From Raillietiella orientalis (Eukaryota): 64,000 nucleotides of DNA. Below the pieces are notes generated by a model that saw nothing but the letters and a program-made list of their open reading frames with translations, had not been told where the DNA came from and searched no databases. Both the position numbers and the translations under genes were made by a program. The stretch is from assembly GCA_036172245.1 (NCBI GenBank), contig JAYWIR010000059.1:124001-188000 (forward strand), read 5' to 3'. The stretch's first letter is position 1. Every line of letters begins with the position of its first letter. This document shows positions 1 through 11,224 of the stretch, one piece after another.

Positions 1-3000
1 CACGTTTATACGGAGCTTTAGGATGCAGACACTTCAGGATTGGGACCGCTTCAAACGGTCGGTCCAGGAGTTCTGCGACCAGTTCCCTCTGCACCGCCTA
101 CCTGCGGGATTTGGGGACGGGGTACGTAACGAACGAGCCTATCTGCAGGCTCGCCGTTACGCCAGGACCCCCGACATCCGCAGGCTGGCGGAATACAAAG
201 CGGGAGCCGAAAGGCAAGCCTGGCAGTCAGGATCGGCCAGCTTGCTGGACGATCAGGGCCAGGAGCATTCGGCACCCGCTCAGATCCGCGGTCTGCTGCG
301 GCGTTTTTACTCCTCCCTGTACGCAAGAACGCCTCCCGAGCGGGATTTCTCACGAATCCTGCTTCCGGAAGGCGCTCCTGCGATCGGGGAAGAGGAGAAA
401 AAGTCCCTCGACGAGTCTTTCACGATGGGCGAGATCATCTCGGCCATCGGAAAGCTCAAGAGGCGAAAGGCTCCAGGGGAGGACGGCCTGTCCGCGGAGT
501 TTTATCAAACTTTCGCGGCTGAGCTAACCCCCCTGGTACATCAACTCACCTTGCTGATACGCGAGACAGGTGACGTTCCCGCCTCGTTTCGTTCGGCAAA
601 GGTGCGGCTTCTCCCTAAGGGAGGAGATTTGAGGAGCATGAACAACTGGCGTCCCATCACAATAGTGAATGCGGATGCCAAGTTGATAGCTAAGGTTTGG
701 GCTGAGCGTTTGGGACGGGTTGCAAACGCCTTCATCAGCCCGGAACAGACGTATGCTGTTCCGGGGCGAAGCATGGAGACGAACCTGTTCCACGCTTCCA
801 CCTGGCTAGAGCTCCAACACGAAAGGGGCTTGATGCGCACCGGGAATTCCGGTGAGTCCGTCAGTCATGCGACGGATGGTCGGATGGGGGAGGGAGCACT
901 TGCGGTCGCTGTCGACTTGCGTAAAGCATTCGACAGCGTCGACCAGAATCTCCTGCTGGAGCTTTTGGAACGCTTGGGCTTCCCGGCCTCATTATTGGCC
1001 TATCTGCGCTCTAGCTGGCGCGATGCGCTAATCAATGTTACTTTCAGCGGGCATACTGTTCACGGCGTGCCGGTGCGACGTGGGATCCGGCAAGGAGACA
1101 GCCTGATTCCCTTGCTCTTCAGTACCTACTTTGAGTTGGTACTGAAAGCGTACAGGGAAACTCTGGCGCACCTGCCGCATGAATGCGCCGGAACGCCTGC
1201 GGTTTCAGCATATGCGGACGACCTCCTGCTACTGCTCCCTATGTCCACTCCGGCTTCGGTGGTCGAGAAGTTCTTCGACCTGCTGAATCGAGGAACTGGG
1301 CTTACGGTGAACAGGGCGAAGTCGTCCGTGATGCCAGTTGGTGCGGCGTGGGCAGGGCAGCAGGACTGGGTCCGTTTGGGGATCCCCACGGTGAGGTACT
1401 CCAAGTACCTTGGTGTGCCGTTGGGGGACTACTCCCCTGCAGAAGCGTGGTCCGGCTGCCTTCAAAAAGTAGAGACGGCTATCGGCCCGTTCCGAGGCGG
1501 CAGGTTTTTCCTGCCTGAACGGGCCGCGGTTTGGAACATGTTCGCGGCTCCTCTCCTCCGTTCCCTGCTTTTTGTTTGCCCCCCCCCACAGAGAGGATCA
1601 AAAAGCGGACGAAGGACCTCCTCCGTATCGCCCTTTGGGGCAACGGGAGGGCCCGAGTCCGCTTGAAGGACTTGTGCGCTCTGCGTCGGGACGGCGGTCT
1701 CGGCCTCCTGACATTGGAGCGGCTGGAGCTTCAGCTCCAGTTTCGGATGACGGCCGTTGTGCAAGAGTTGTGGTGCACCTGCTGGTGCATCCCTGCACGC
1801 CTCCTCGTCAAGAAAGCCACCGGGAAGATGGGACTCACGTCCTTTCTTTCACTCCATCGCTCCCGCATCAACCGCTGTGGGCTCCAGCTGCGGAGGGTTG
1901 CTGCCTTGGTTCGGAAAAACTACGGATGGATCACCTGTCGCCCCGCGAACGGTTGTGCCTGGTTGCAGGAAACCGTTTGCACGTGGGCACAGTGCGGCAT
2001 GCAACGCGCCCAACAGGAACGACGGTTCCTGTTTGGGTGCTACAGAAGTTGCACGCTCCGAGGGATCCTGGAGGATCCGAAGAAGCGAGCGTGGTCAGGA
2101 AGAACTCCCCTCGCTGCTGCTCTGGCCTCCCTAGTGGAAGATCAGGACAGCGATGTTGCGGCGAAGTGGGAGGTTACAATAAAAATCTCCGGGAAGGAGA
2201 AGAAGCAGAGAGAGTGGAAGACGGGCCAGCTAACTGATGCTGCGACCCCGAGTACGCCTCCTAATGGACTTCTGCGCTGGGGCGCGATGCTCGTTGTTCC
2301 GATTGAACATCTGAAGTGGCCCTTGGCGCTCATGAACACTTCCACCCTCCCCTTAAAGTGGCAGGAGTCGGCTCTACTGTTGCAGCACTGGGGACTCCCC
2401 TGCAACGCCCGCCGACACCACTGTACCTGGGGAGCGGTCGATCCCAACTGTGTTAGGTGTGGGAAACGGGAGTCCCTCCCCCACCTCCCAGTGGATTGTG
2501 TTGCCCTTCGGCCCCTTTGGTTCCGCTTTGCCGCGGCCATCGGTATCCCCTGCGGCAACCCCAGGGACGCATTGAAAGCCCTCTTCGTGGCCGACGCCCT
2601 TCGGCCAGCGGCCTCGATAGCAGCCTTGTGCTGCCTTCGCGGGATCGTCGCCGCATGGAGCACGGCTACGGGAGGACCACGCGATAAGGATCCCATCCAG
2701 GGCGCCGCCCAATTCATGAAAAGGGCGTCGCGATGGGCCCACCTGGATCCGCGAATGCAAGAAGAGCTTGCCGGCGTCCTGAGAAGGATGCAACGGCCCC
2801 ACCAGCTACAGTGATTCCTTCCTATACCCTCCCACCTTTTCTTTTTGTTTAGTTTTTTGTTTATTCCCCTTTCCCCCTGCTGCCATGGTGGACCGTACCG
2901 GTCTGCGAACCGGTGACCCGGTAGGCTCTGTGTTTCTTCGTGCGTGGCTGGAGCATTGGTCCAGCCACTGCACTTTCTAAGAGTTTATTTTTAAATAAAC

Positions 3001-3023
3001 GCTCGGCGAAATCCGCGTGAAAA
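1..3023 (+). mobile_element. L1/Tx1-clade non-LTR retrotransposon, 3' part (RT + zf-RVT + structured 3'UTR); 5' part lies outside the window
   Basis: Frame open from position 2. RT motifs KAPGEDG, NWRPITIVNADAK, VDLRKAFDSV, GIRQGDSLIPLLF, YADD, KYLGVPL. After a frameshift near 1580: RRDGGLGL and a C-terminal CCHC (CVRCGKRESLPHLPVDC). Stop at 2814, AATAAA at 2994-2999. Confidence 0.93.
23..2814 (+). pseudogene. ORF2 reverse transcriptase of the element, broken by one frameshift in a C9 run (1579-1587)
   Basis: ORFs 23..1666 and 1531..2814 join at FVCPP/PPTERIKKR. The copy at ~13650 reads [14 protein letters not shown] in a single frame. Confidence 0.85.
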
Positions 3024-5160
3024 TCGAAAGCTTTACGCAAATCGACTGCGACCACAAGGGTCTCGGGCGCGGCTCTTCCACCAAGGGCTCTTCCACCAAG
3101 CTCTTCCCCTACCTGGTCAGAGAAGAATCCAAGATTCTCTTGACCTCCCTGTGCTTCGCGTTGTTGCAACTGCCACAATGTACTGGAGAGGAACAGGTTG
3201 GCCGTTGAAGCCCCCTGCGAAGAGGTGCGCCACTTGGGGGCCGGATGTGTTGAGCCAGTGGCTCTTCACTTCGCCAAAGAATGCTATTATCTCGGCGAGG
3301 TAGCGAGAGCCACTCGGCGCTTAGACGTTCGTGACGACGAGATCGATGGACTCGGACCACTTGACGACAAGTTGGCCCACTCGTCCGTCGTTGTCGAAAC
3401 GAACGCTACGCACCGCTCTTGCCAGTGTACCTCTTGCGTTTTCACCCGGTCGAGCCGGGGCGTTTATTAAAACCTTCTGTATTTGCGGTACAAGGCCCCG
3501 CTGCGACCAATAACACTAGGGAGCTGCCAATTTACCTCTTGCGAGGAACGCGACTCTGAACGAATGTGCGTCGCCGCACCGCCAGAGTAGCGTTCCTCCA
3601 GAGCGTCGATTTCGGCAGCCTGCTCGTCGGCGATTATGTGCATCTCCTGCAGGAGCACGAGGTCGAAAGGGCGCAGGACGTTGGCTATTAATCGCCTCTT
3701 CTTGTCAGTCCGTTTATGTTTCAAAACGCAACCGACAGACGACGAGAAGATGCGATTCCTCGCATCACTGCTGCGAAGATGGCGGTTTGCTGCTCACTTC
3801 ATCCGGCGAGCGGACGGTGACCAGCACGACTGGTTGGAGGGCGCGGTCGGCACCGGTCTCCAACATGTTGTATGCAGCCGAGAGTTCCTTCCCGGGGATT
3901 ACTGCCTCGGGTTCCGAACACTGCTCGAGATTTTTAGCGACGCACGTATCGCGTCTCTACGCTTCCGAGCGCCGAGCACTTAATTCTGAGCGGGTTATAT
4001 GCCTCTCAGCGGTGCAGTCCGATTCCGAAACGGAATCGGACTGCACCGCTTAGAAATGGGAGGGAAATGGAGAGTGAAACGATGCGCCTTGCAGTCCCAC
4101 GGCTTTCCCCCTGGTGTTTTCGAGCAGGGGTTTCCCATGTCCCCTGCTTGTGATCGAGTGCACATTTTGGACGCAGCTTCCTTCCTCGTGCCGGTTCGCG
4201 TGGAAATTCGCATCCCCAATGTCAGCAGATGAAGGGAGGGAGAGGGGAGTTCTCCCTTTGCGAAGAGCCAGAGAGGGTTCCTTCGGCTAGATGCCTGTCT
4301 GTTGTCTCTATCTACTGCCCACTCGTATCGCTAAGCAGCGGTCCGAATTTCTCTCCTCCGATGAGCTGCCTCCTTCCTCCCCGTGGTGGAAATCAGGTCA
4401 AGAATGGCCCAAACTGCTGACCCCTTGTTCTCGATGCCTGGCTCCTGGCTGAAACTCCAGCCGAAAAGTTCAGGAGAAGATGTCGAGGCAGGCAGGAAGG
4501 GGATGGGAGGGGGTGAGTTGGTGGTGTCGTGGTTTCTCAAGATCTGCTGACACGGCGACAATCTGAGCGTGACAACGCTGAAGGACGCTTCAGAGGAATT
4601 AGAACTCTGCAAACAAACATTGGTAGAACGAGAAAGGGGCACCAATAGGGAACAACAAGTCAGAGGGAATGGAAAGATGGGGAAGAGGGACGGATGCGAG
4701 AGCAGTCCAACGAGGAGGACGATCTATGCAAAAATCGTGGCCATTTAACACGCCTCTAGCCATTTTCTCACGAGCTTGGTCCATCTGCACCCTGCGGACT
4801 GCAGACTCATCCGCGCCCCACGACTTCATCTCCTGTCCGACAAAGAACCAGTCGGGAAAGACGAGGGGAATCGATCTTGCAGTCGGTGCCCGAAACGGGA
4901 CGAGACGCTTCCGCACATTTGAAACGATTGCGTGCGGCAGCTTCTTCTCTGCACCAGAGGACGCGACGCCCTGGTCGGCTGCATCGAGAGGGCGACGCAC
5001 GAGCGGTGGGAGATGCTGTCCAGGTAACTCAGGAACCTCGCCCCGAGGAAAGGGATGAAGGTCACCGTGCGCGACCCATTCGATAGCGCAACAGCAACGT
5101 TCCGAAGAGGGGCCGGCCGGCCGCGGGAAGCACGCTCTGTCCCTTCCGCTCTCGGGAGCA
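3024..5160 (-). mobile_element. Decayed antisense copy of a related L1/Tx1 element (ORF1 remnant, APE endonuclease, start of RT)
   Basis: Minus-strand peptides LRPFDLVLLQEMH (EN motif LQE, ~3640-3700) and VVAVDLRKAFD (~3022-3055). Cys/His remnants at 4150-4230 and 4870-4940. The 5' boundary is approximate. Confidence 0.7.
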
Positions 5161-5719
5161 CGACATCAGTCCGCGGTCTCTCCTCTGGATCGTAGGGACT
5201 CTATGATTGCGAGGAGGGCGACGTTGTGCGCCAGCTGGAAATCCGAGAACGCCTCAGCGGATCTCATGAGTGAGGGGGAGGAGGCTGCATACAATGAAGG
5301 GGGCTGTTCTTTTTGGTAGTCTTCACCACCTTCATCTGGAAGTTTCTTAACCCTTCGAGAGCGCCCCTGATAAGTGCAGAAGGGATTTAGAAAGGAAGGA
5401 GACCAAATACAAAGACCTTGCTACCCCCCTGTCAACGAAGGATGTGAAGGTAACAGTCCAAGTCCTAATAATTGGCTCTCTGTAGTCCTGGAATCTCCAA
5501 AATGAGGAGGCAATGAGAGAGCTACACATTGACGAAATTTAACGCCCTACGGGGTAGTCTCTTAACATTCTCGCAAGATGGCGATGCCATCCAATGCCAT
5601 ACACAGCCGGTACATCTACTGGACATGCCATCTAGGACATCCTTCAAACGACTCGGCACAGACCTGCCTAGTCGGATCTCCTCTGCTTAGGGCTGAGTCG
5701 GTCTTTGCTGAACCACAAA

Positions 5720-5800
5720 GCCTGAGCGAGAAGGTTAGGTCCCAACGGCGTAAAGCCGAGCGAAAGGCTGCGGGTTCGAATCGCAGAGGTGGGATATAGC
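5720..5800 (+). repeat. tRNA-derived SINE-like fragment
   Basis: A-box-like AGCGAGAAGGTTAGG followed by B-box GGGTTCGAATC. No complete cloverleaf. Confidence 0.35.
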
Positions 5801-7560
5801 CCTCGCCCTAAACAGGGGAACCCTTCCGCTGCTGAGAGCCGAGAGGAAACCGAGGAGGCGGTGGAAGCCGAGTGCTTCCGTACAGTTACGAACCCTCTAA
5901 AAAGCGAGCCTTCGAGGAGGGATACTTAGGAGCACTCTGAGCGAAGAAGGGGCAGACGCGACGATGGAGTGTACGCAGCCAAAAGCATAACAGGTTCGGA
6001 ACGAGGAAACAACACAGGCCTTCAACAAGGAAAGCCATTGGGAATGACGTCATCACATGACAGTTCAATCGGAAGATTCCGTGTTTGCTTTTTCCAAACT
6101 GATGAATGGTTTCTCTACTGCTGCTTGCCGATAGAAGATGAAAAGCTGACGATGGCAGAAAGACGAACAAGTGTCGCCAGTAAGAGTGCCGGAGAGTTTT
6201 TTCCTCTCCGGGAGCTGCGTGCCTTCCTACGCCTACGGATATCGACGTGGCGCTTCGTCCAAAGGATGAACGTCCAGAAGTCATTATCGTCTCCACCGAA
6301 AAGGACTGACTAAAAGCAGAAAAAACGCATACGAAAAAAAAAAAAAGTTTCCTTGGGAAGGGTCGTGTGCTTTCAGTAGGAACGGAAGAACCTGCTCTGG
6401 TGCGTGAGCTTGGAAATTTCGACGTGCAAGAATGAAAAAAAAAGAAAAAAAGGCGGAAGTCCTGGGAAGATTCTCGAAAACCACGAAAACGTCTCGGGAG
6501 CACGAAGAGTCTCTGGTTGGGAAAAACAAAAAAAAGCAAACGAACGTGAGCGTTTGCTTAGGGCTGCGCGTGTCGACGACATCAGCTCTTAGCTTTCGCT
6601 CCACTGCGTCTTGCGGCTCTTCTGGCTGCACGCCGAGAAGAAAGGGGAAGAATGCGTCCCGTTTCCGTTTCACTCGCGGGTGGTGGCGAAGGAGGATGAC
6701 GATTCTGGGAGATCCCTTTTCCCTCGCGATTCTGACTGGAAGGACCTTTCCGCGCCAAACGCTCGATCCAGTGCGCGCGTTCACCCACCACCGCGACTGT
6801 ACTTCCGGGGAAAAAAAAGGAAAGATAGACAGACTCCACACTCATTATGCCTCCTCCTATACCACTTTGGTTACAAAAACAGAAAGAAGGGTTGGTGGGT
6901 GGAGGAAAGTCCTTGCTCCTCCTGAACGCATGCGCACGCCTTGGAACGAGTTTGCAACGAAAGCGATCGATGCCGTCTCGTCTGCACCGCGGTTTGACTT
7001 TCGCCTGCACGAGACGAGGAACTCTCGAGATGGAATTCCACCGCGGGGATCGGACCACCGATCGGGTGTCTCCGGAGCGAGTGGATTCTCCCGCCGTTCC
7101 CGAGGAACCGTTCGCCTCGTGAAGTGGCCGTGGACGCGTGCGCTGAAGCCCCCTCCTCCCCCCTCAAAGTTTTACGAGGTTCCAGGTGAGTGAAGCTCCG
7201 TTGCCTGGGGAGCAAAATCTGTAGCGTCTCTCCCAGAAGACAGCTCGTACGCGCGCCGGTTTCTTTGTTTTCTTGCTGCACACTCTCCGCTCAGCCCACG
7301 CACGCGAGCGCGAGCACGCCGATTATGAGCTCCGTACGGGCTTGTGGTACGCACGACGGTTAATTTTATTTTATTTCATTTTATTTTCTGAAAACGGCTG
7401 CTCATAGGTGTACACACAGCTTCCTCGCGTTTACAAAAGAAACAAGGATGCATGGTTCGCTGGCCACCGATGCAGGAACTGTCTGAAGATCTGGAAAAGG
7501 GAATCTGCAGCTGTCTGTCTCTATTTTTCGGTAGGAACTCGAGTTCCTAGTTTTCGCTGA

Positions 7561-7705
7561 GAGCTGAGGAGGAGGAAGGGAGGAAGGGGGGGAGGAGGAA
7601 CGGAGGAAGAGAGGAGGAAGGGAGTTAGGGAAGAGGGGGAAGAAAGGAAGAGGGGAGGAAGGGAGGAGGCAGAAAGAAGGAAAAGAAGAGGAGGAGCAGC
7701 AGGAG
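7561..7705. repeat. Polypurine (GGA/GAA) low-complexity tract
   Basis: Almost pure G/A run on the + strand. Confidence 0.8.
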
Positions 7706-7807
7706 GACGACTCTTTGCCCAATCCATTGCGCTGTACAGATCGCGGAAGGGTCAGCGAGCGCATCGAGCCACGAAGGCGACTCCACACCGGCGGAGGGGA
7801 AAGAGAG

Positions 7808-7958
7808 GCCAAGCCGCAGATTGGACAGAGTCGTGCACAGAGTCGCCTTTGCTCTTGGAAGGGAAGAAGGGATGCATTCCTTCCTTCTTCCTCCTCCTTC
7901 CCCCCTTCCAAGAGCGAACGCACCCCTGTGCACGACTCTGTCCATTCTGCAGCTTGGC
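7808..7958. repeat. Long imperfect inverted repeat / hairpin (~150 nt)
   Basis: 7822-7840 is the exact reverse complement of 7926-7944 (19 bp). 7851-7863 pairs with 7903-7915 (13 bp). Outer arm GCCAAGC/GCTTGGC. Confidence 0.9.
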
Positions 7959-10900
7959 ATTCTCGGCTTGGATGCTCCCCTGCCAGGTCGGATATGCGTC
8001 CTCCCGCGGAGGTCCGCGAGACAGCCACCGCGCCGCAGCCTCCAGCGAAACTCCCGCAGCGCCGTCGCGACCCCGTCGCCCGGTCTCGCTCCTCCACAGC
8101 ATCCGGCCAGCTCTTGCGGACCCTCTGGAGCGCCTCTCCGGCGTCGTCTGGCTGTCGTCTCTGCACGAGGAGATGGTCTGCTCGCGGACCTCCGCTCATG
8201 GCCCGCCTGTCGAGCCTCCGCGCCGTGCCTTCCCGCGCACACGCGTCGGACGGGTCTTGCGCCTCCTCCGCAGACTTCAAATAGGCATCCCTGCGCGCGC
8301 CGCTTCGCCCTGTGCCTCAAGAAGGCAGGTTCGAGGGTACCTGCGTTCCCCCGGTCAGGTTCCGCGGCGCGTGCGCACACCTCTTTGGCGCCCCCGTCGT
8401 CTGCTCGCAGCCGTCCGTTGGTTTGTCCGCCTTCTCCTCGGAGCACCTCGATAGAGCAATGTGGAAGGGTTCTTCCGTCGCTCCTCTTCCTCCGTGCCTC
8501 CGCCTCCTCGATAACCGGAAGCGATTGGTCGCAGCCTCGCCCTGGCAGTGTCTGTGCGCCTGCGCGCGGGCCTGTACTAGGCACAATGCGGTTTTCTGGT
8601 GAAACACCGCACCCCTCCCTTTCGCACGTGGAAGGCTTCTTTCTTCCAGCCTCCTCCCCCTCCTCCTCGGATTTGCCTCGTTTGAAGACGCATGCATTCG
8701 TGGTACCCGTGTCGTGATGAGCGATCTACTATCTCTCCTCCTTAGACTGCAGTAGCCTCAACAACAACAGGGAGATCTTGGATGGCGCAAGGGGAGGGAA
8801 AGGGGATTTTCGGCAGCTTCCACCGTCTCCTTCGCTCTCCTGGCCTCGTCTGTGTGAACGGGGAGATAGGGTTGCATCGGGTTGCATCGCGACAGGTGTT
8901 CAAGGGCGTTCCGCGGCGAGGTGACGGCGCTGCACAAGCTCATCTCCGCCGTTCGAATCGTTGACCTTTCTCGTCGGGCACCAGTTTTTTTTTTCTCCAT
9001 TGCTCCAGAACTATTCTCTTGCCTTTCGGCTTTTGCATGGGTCCAGAGGTCGGTCCTGGTCTTCTGGCTGCCTGGGTTTTGCGCTCTGCCTTTTGGAGGG
9101 CGTGCGCGCCGAACCGGATGGCGCGTCCAGTAGACGTCCTAGCTGTTCTTGCTGGGACAGCACCCGATCTCCCGATCTTTGCGACTTTTCGGCCATTTTG
9201 TCTTCTAACAGTAACGTGCTTCCGGGGATGACGATGTGTCTCGGAGATAAGAACGGATGAAATGATGCATTCTGTACTACACTGGAGAATCCCTTCCAAG
9301 CAGTACAGCGTGTCTTTCGCATGAGGTTTTCCTCTTGTTTTCCCTTATTTTCGTTTTGGGTTCCTTGTTCGTTCGTTTGTTTGTTTTTTAAGTTCCTTGT
9401 TCGTGTCGAGTCCGGTCCGCTGTTCCGGAGAGGCTCCCGATTGTCCTCAGCGATACTTTCAGTGGTCTCAAACTGCACCTCAAAGTCTTTGATTTTCTTT
9501 CCGGTTCTCGGATACGTTCGTGTCTGTATTTTGCACCTTCCCTCTCTCAAGGGGTTTCCAGTTTGGCCGAGTCGAACCCTGTCGCTCCTACGGCCTGGAA
9601 CTTCCCGATTCTTTCCAGGATGGGGAGGTATCGCTGGCTGCTCCTCCCGCTTCATTTCGGCCTCAGCGCCCAGAGACGAAGACCTGCATTCCCGTCGCCG
9701 CTTTTGGCCGTTCTCTCGCCAGTCATCATTGCCCCCTCTTTCTGCGCTCACGTCGAGTGCTGTTTGTATTGGGGGAACGACTGCTGAATGTCTCCTTGAT
9801 CTTCCAGTCTCACGAAGGTCTGGTTCCCCCCTTGTGAAAGGCTGAGGTCACAGAACCCACATCTGTCTCTGCATCCGATGCGCGGCCGGCATCAGCACGC
9901 GCGCCGAAAATTTGGCAAGTACACTGGCAGTGCTTCCGGCTTGAGGACCACATCTTCAAGTCCAGAGCCTTCGCATCGGGTGACCTTTTACTCGACGAGT
10001 GCTCTTCCGTTCATTCCCTCGAATCAGCTCTCTTTTCGTTGCGGTCATCTCCGTGCTGCCGGTTGCGGTCGAGACATCGCAGGGAAAAGGAAAAGGAAAA
10101 AAGGAGATTTCCTCTCCGTTTCTGCCTTGCTCTTCAGAGAGGTTCCTAACTTGCGATATGGAAACGATCCCTGGCAACGTGGGAGTTTCTTCTTTTCTTG
10201 GTATTCCTGGAAGATTTTTCCAAGGGAGGAATCGTGGCCCGACGCAAGTGGTGCGAATTAAATTCGGCGGGACGAGAAGCGTTGCCGCAGCATCGTAGAG
10301 AGATGAAACTCCGCAGCTCCTTAAAATGCTGTCCCTCCGGAAACCGTCGGCTCGATCGGGAGGCATGAGGGTGGGAAGAAGCGAAGAGGTGGGGTGCAGG
10401 GGTGGGGTCCCTGCGACTAGCAACTTTCTGAAAACGAGAAGGACACGATCTCCAAGTAGGTGCGGCCGTCGTTCCAAAATTACTTTGCCCGAATTGGAAC
10501 GTTGCGGGTCACAATCTTGACTTCCTAAACCCATCCACCTGCATCCATGACCTAATCGGTCCCGTTTCATCCATTCTCCTGGAGGAAGTACCACCCCATG
10601 CATACCCGTCGTTCCTACGGCATTTGCAGCGTTTTCTTCTTCTTCTTTCGGTGTTCCACTTGGACTTCTCGAAATCCATGCTCGTTTTCCTACGAACGAC
10701 GTCTCTCGCAACTCCCCTTCAGGGAAATCTCGATAAGCGGGAAAAGCAACCTGGCAATGTTGCGGTTTTGACGGAAAGAAATTCCTCCTCCCTACAGAGC
10801 GCTACAAGGACCAGAGCGATCTTCACTCCCGGATGTGGCTAAAGCAGTGCCACCTCTTGCACGAGAAACTCGCGCAAATCGATTCTCCTTCCCTCACTCC

Positions 10901-11089
10901 CCCGTCTGTTCATCCCTCCTTCAGGGGACACGCACGCACGCACGCATGTGTATCGTCTTCGAGATGCTTCCTTCGTAGGTCTGTTCCTTCGGAACTTGCA
11001 GGAAACGCGGGTTCCAGAACCTCCTGGTATCTGTGTCTTTTGAGTTTTTCTTTTGCTTGCAGGTGGCTCGACCATAAGGACCCTGGCCG

Positions 11090-11224
11090 ATGGGATGCCG
11101 CTCCGTCCTCAAGAGGACCTACTGCATCGCCGTGCTCGCTTGCTTGTACGTCTGCTTGCTCCTGATCGTCATTTCCATGATCGCAGATCCCTACAAGCCT
11201 CCTGTCTATAGGAACTCCTTCCAG
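11090..11224 (+). CDS. WSCD: WSCD-like coding exon 1 (signal anchor)
   Basis: Acceptor ttttgcttgcag ends at 11062, ATG at 11090, hydrophobic [21 protein letters not shown], donor CAG|GTACGC. Confidence 0.75.

Noticed and set aside
5720..5800. Functional tRNA gene (also B-box-like hits at ~18012 and ~24358)
   Set aside because: No acceptor or anticodon stems could be formed; at most SINE-derived.
6284..10700. Many overlapping 150-320 aa ORFs on both strands
   Set aside because: Arg/Pro/Ser-rich with no recognisable domains; expected in GC-rich sequence. 9300-10700 may hold faint LINE remnants, but the signal is too weak to call.
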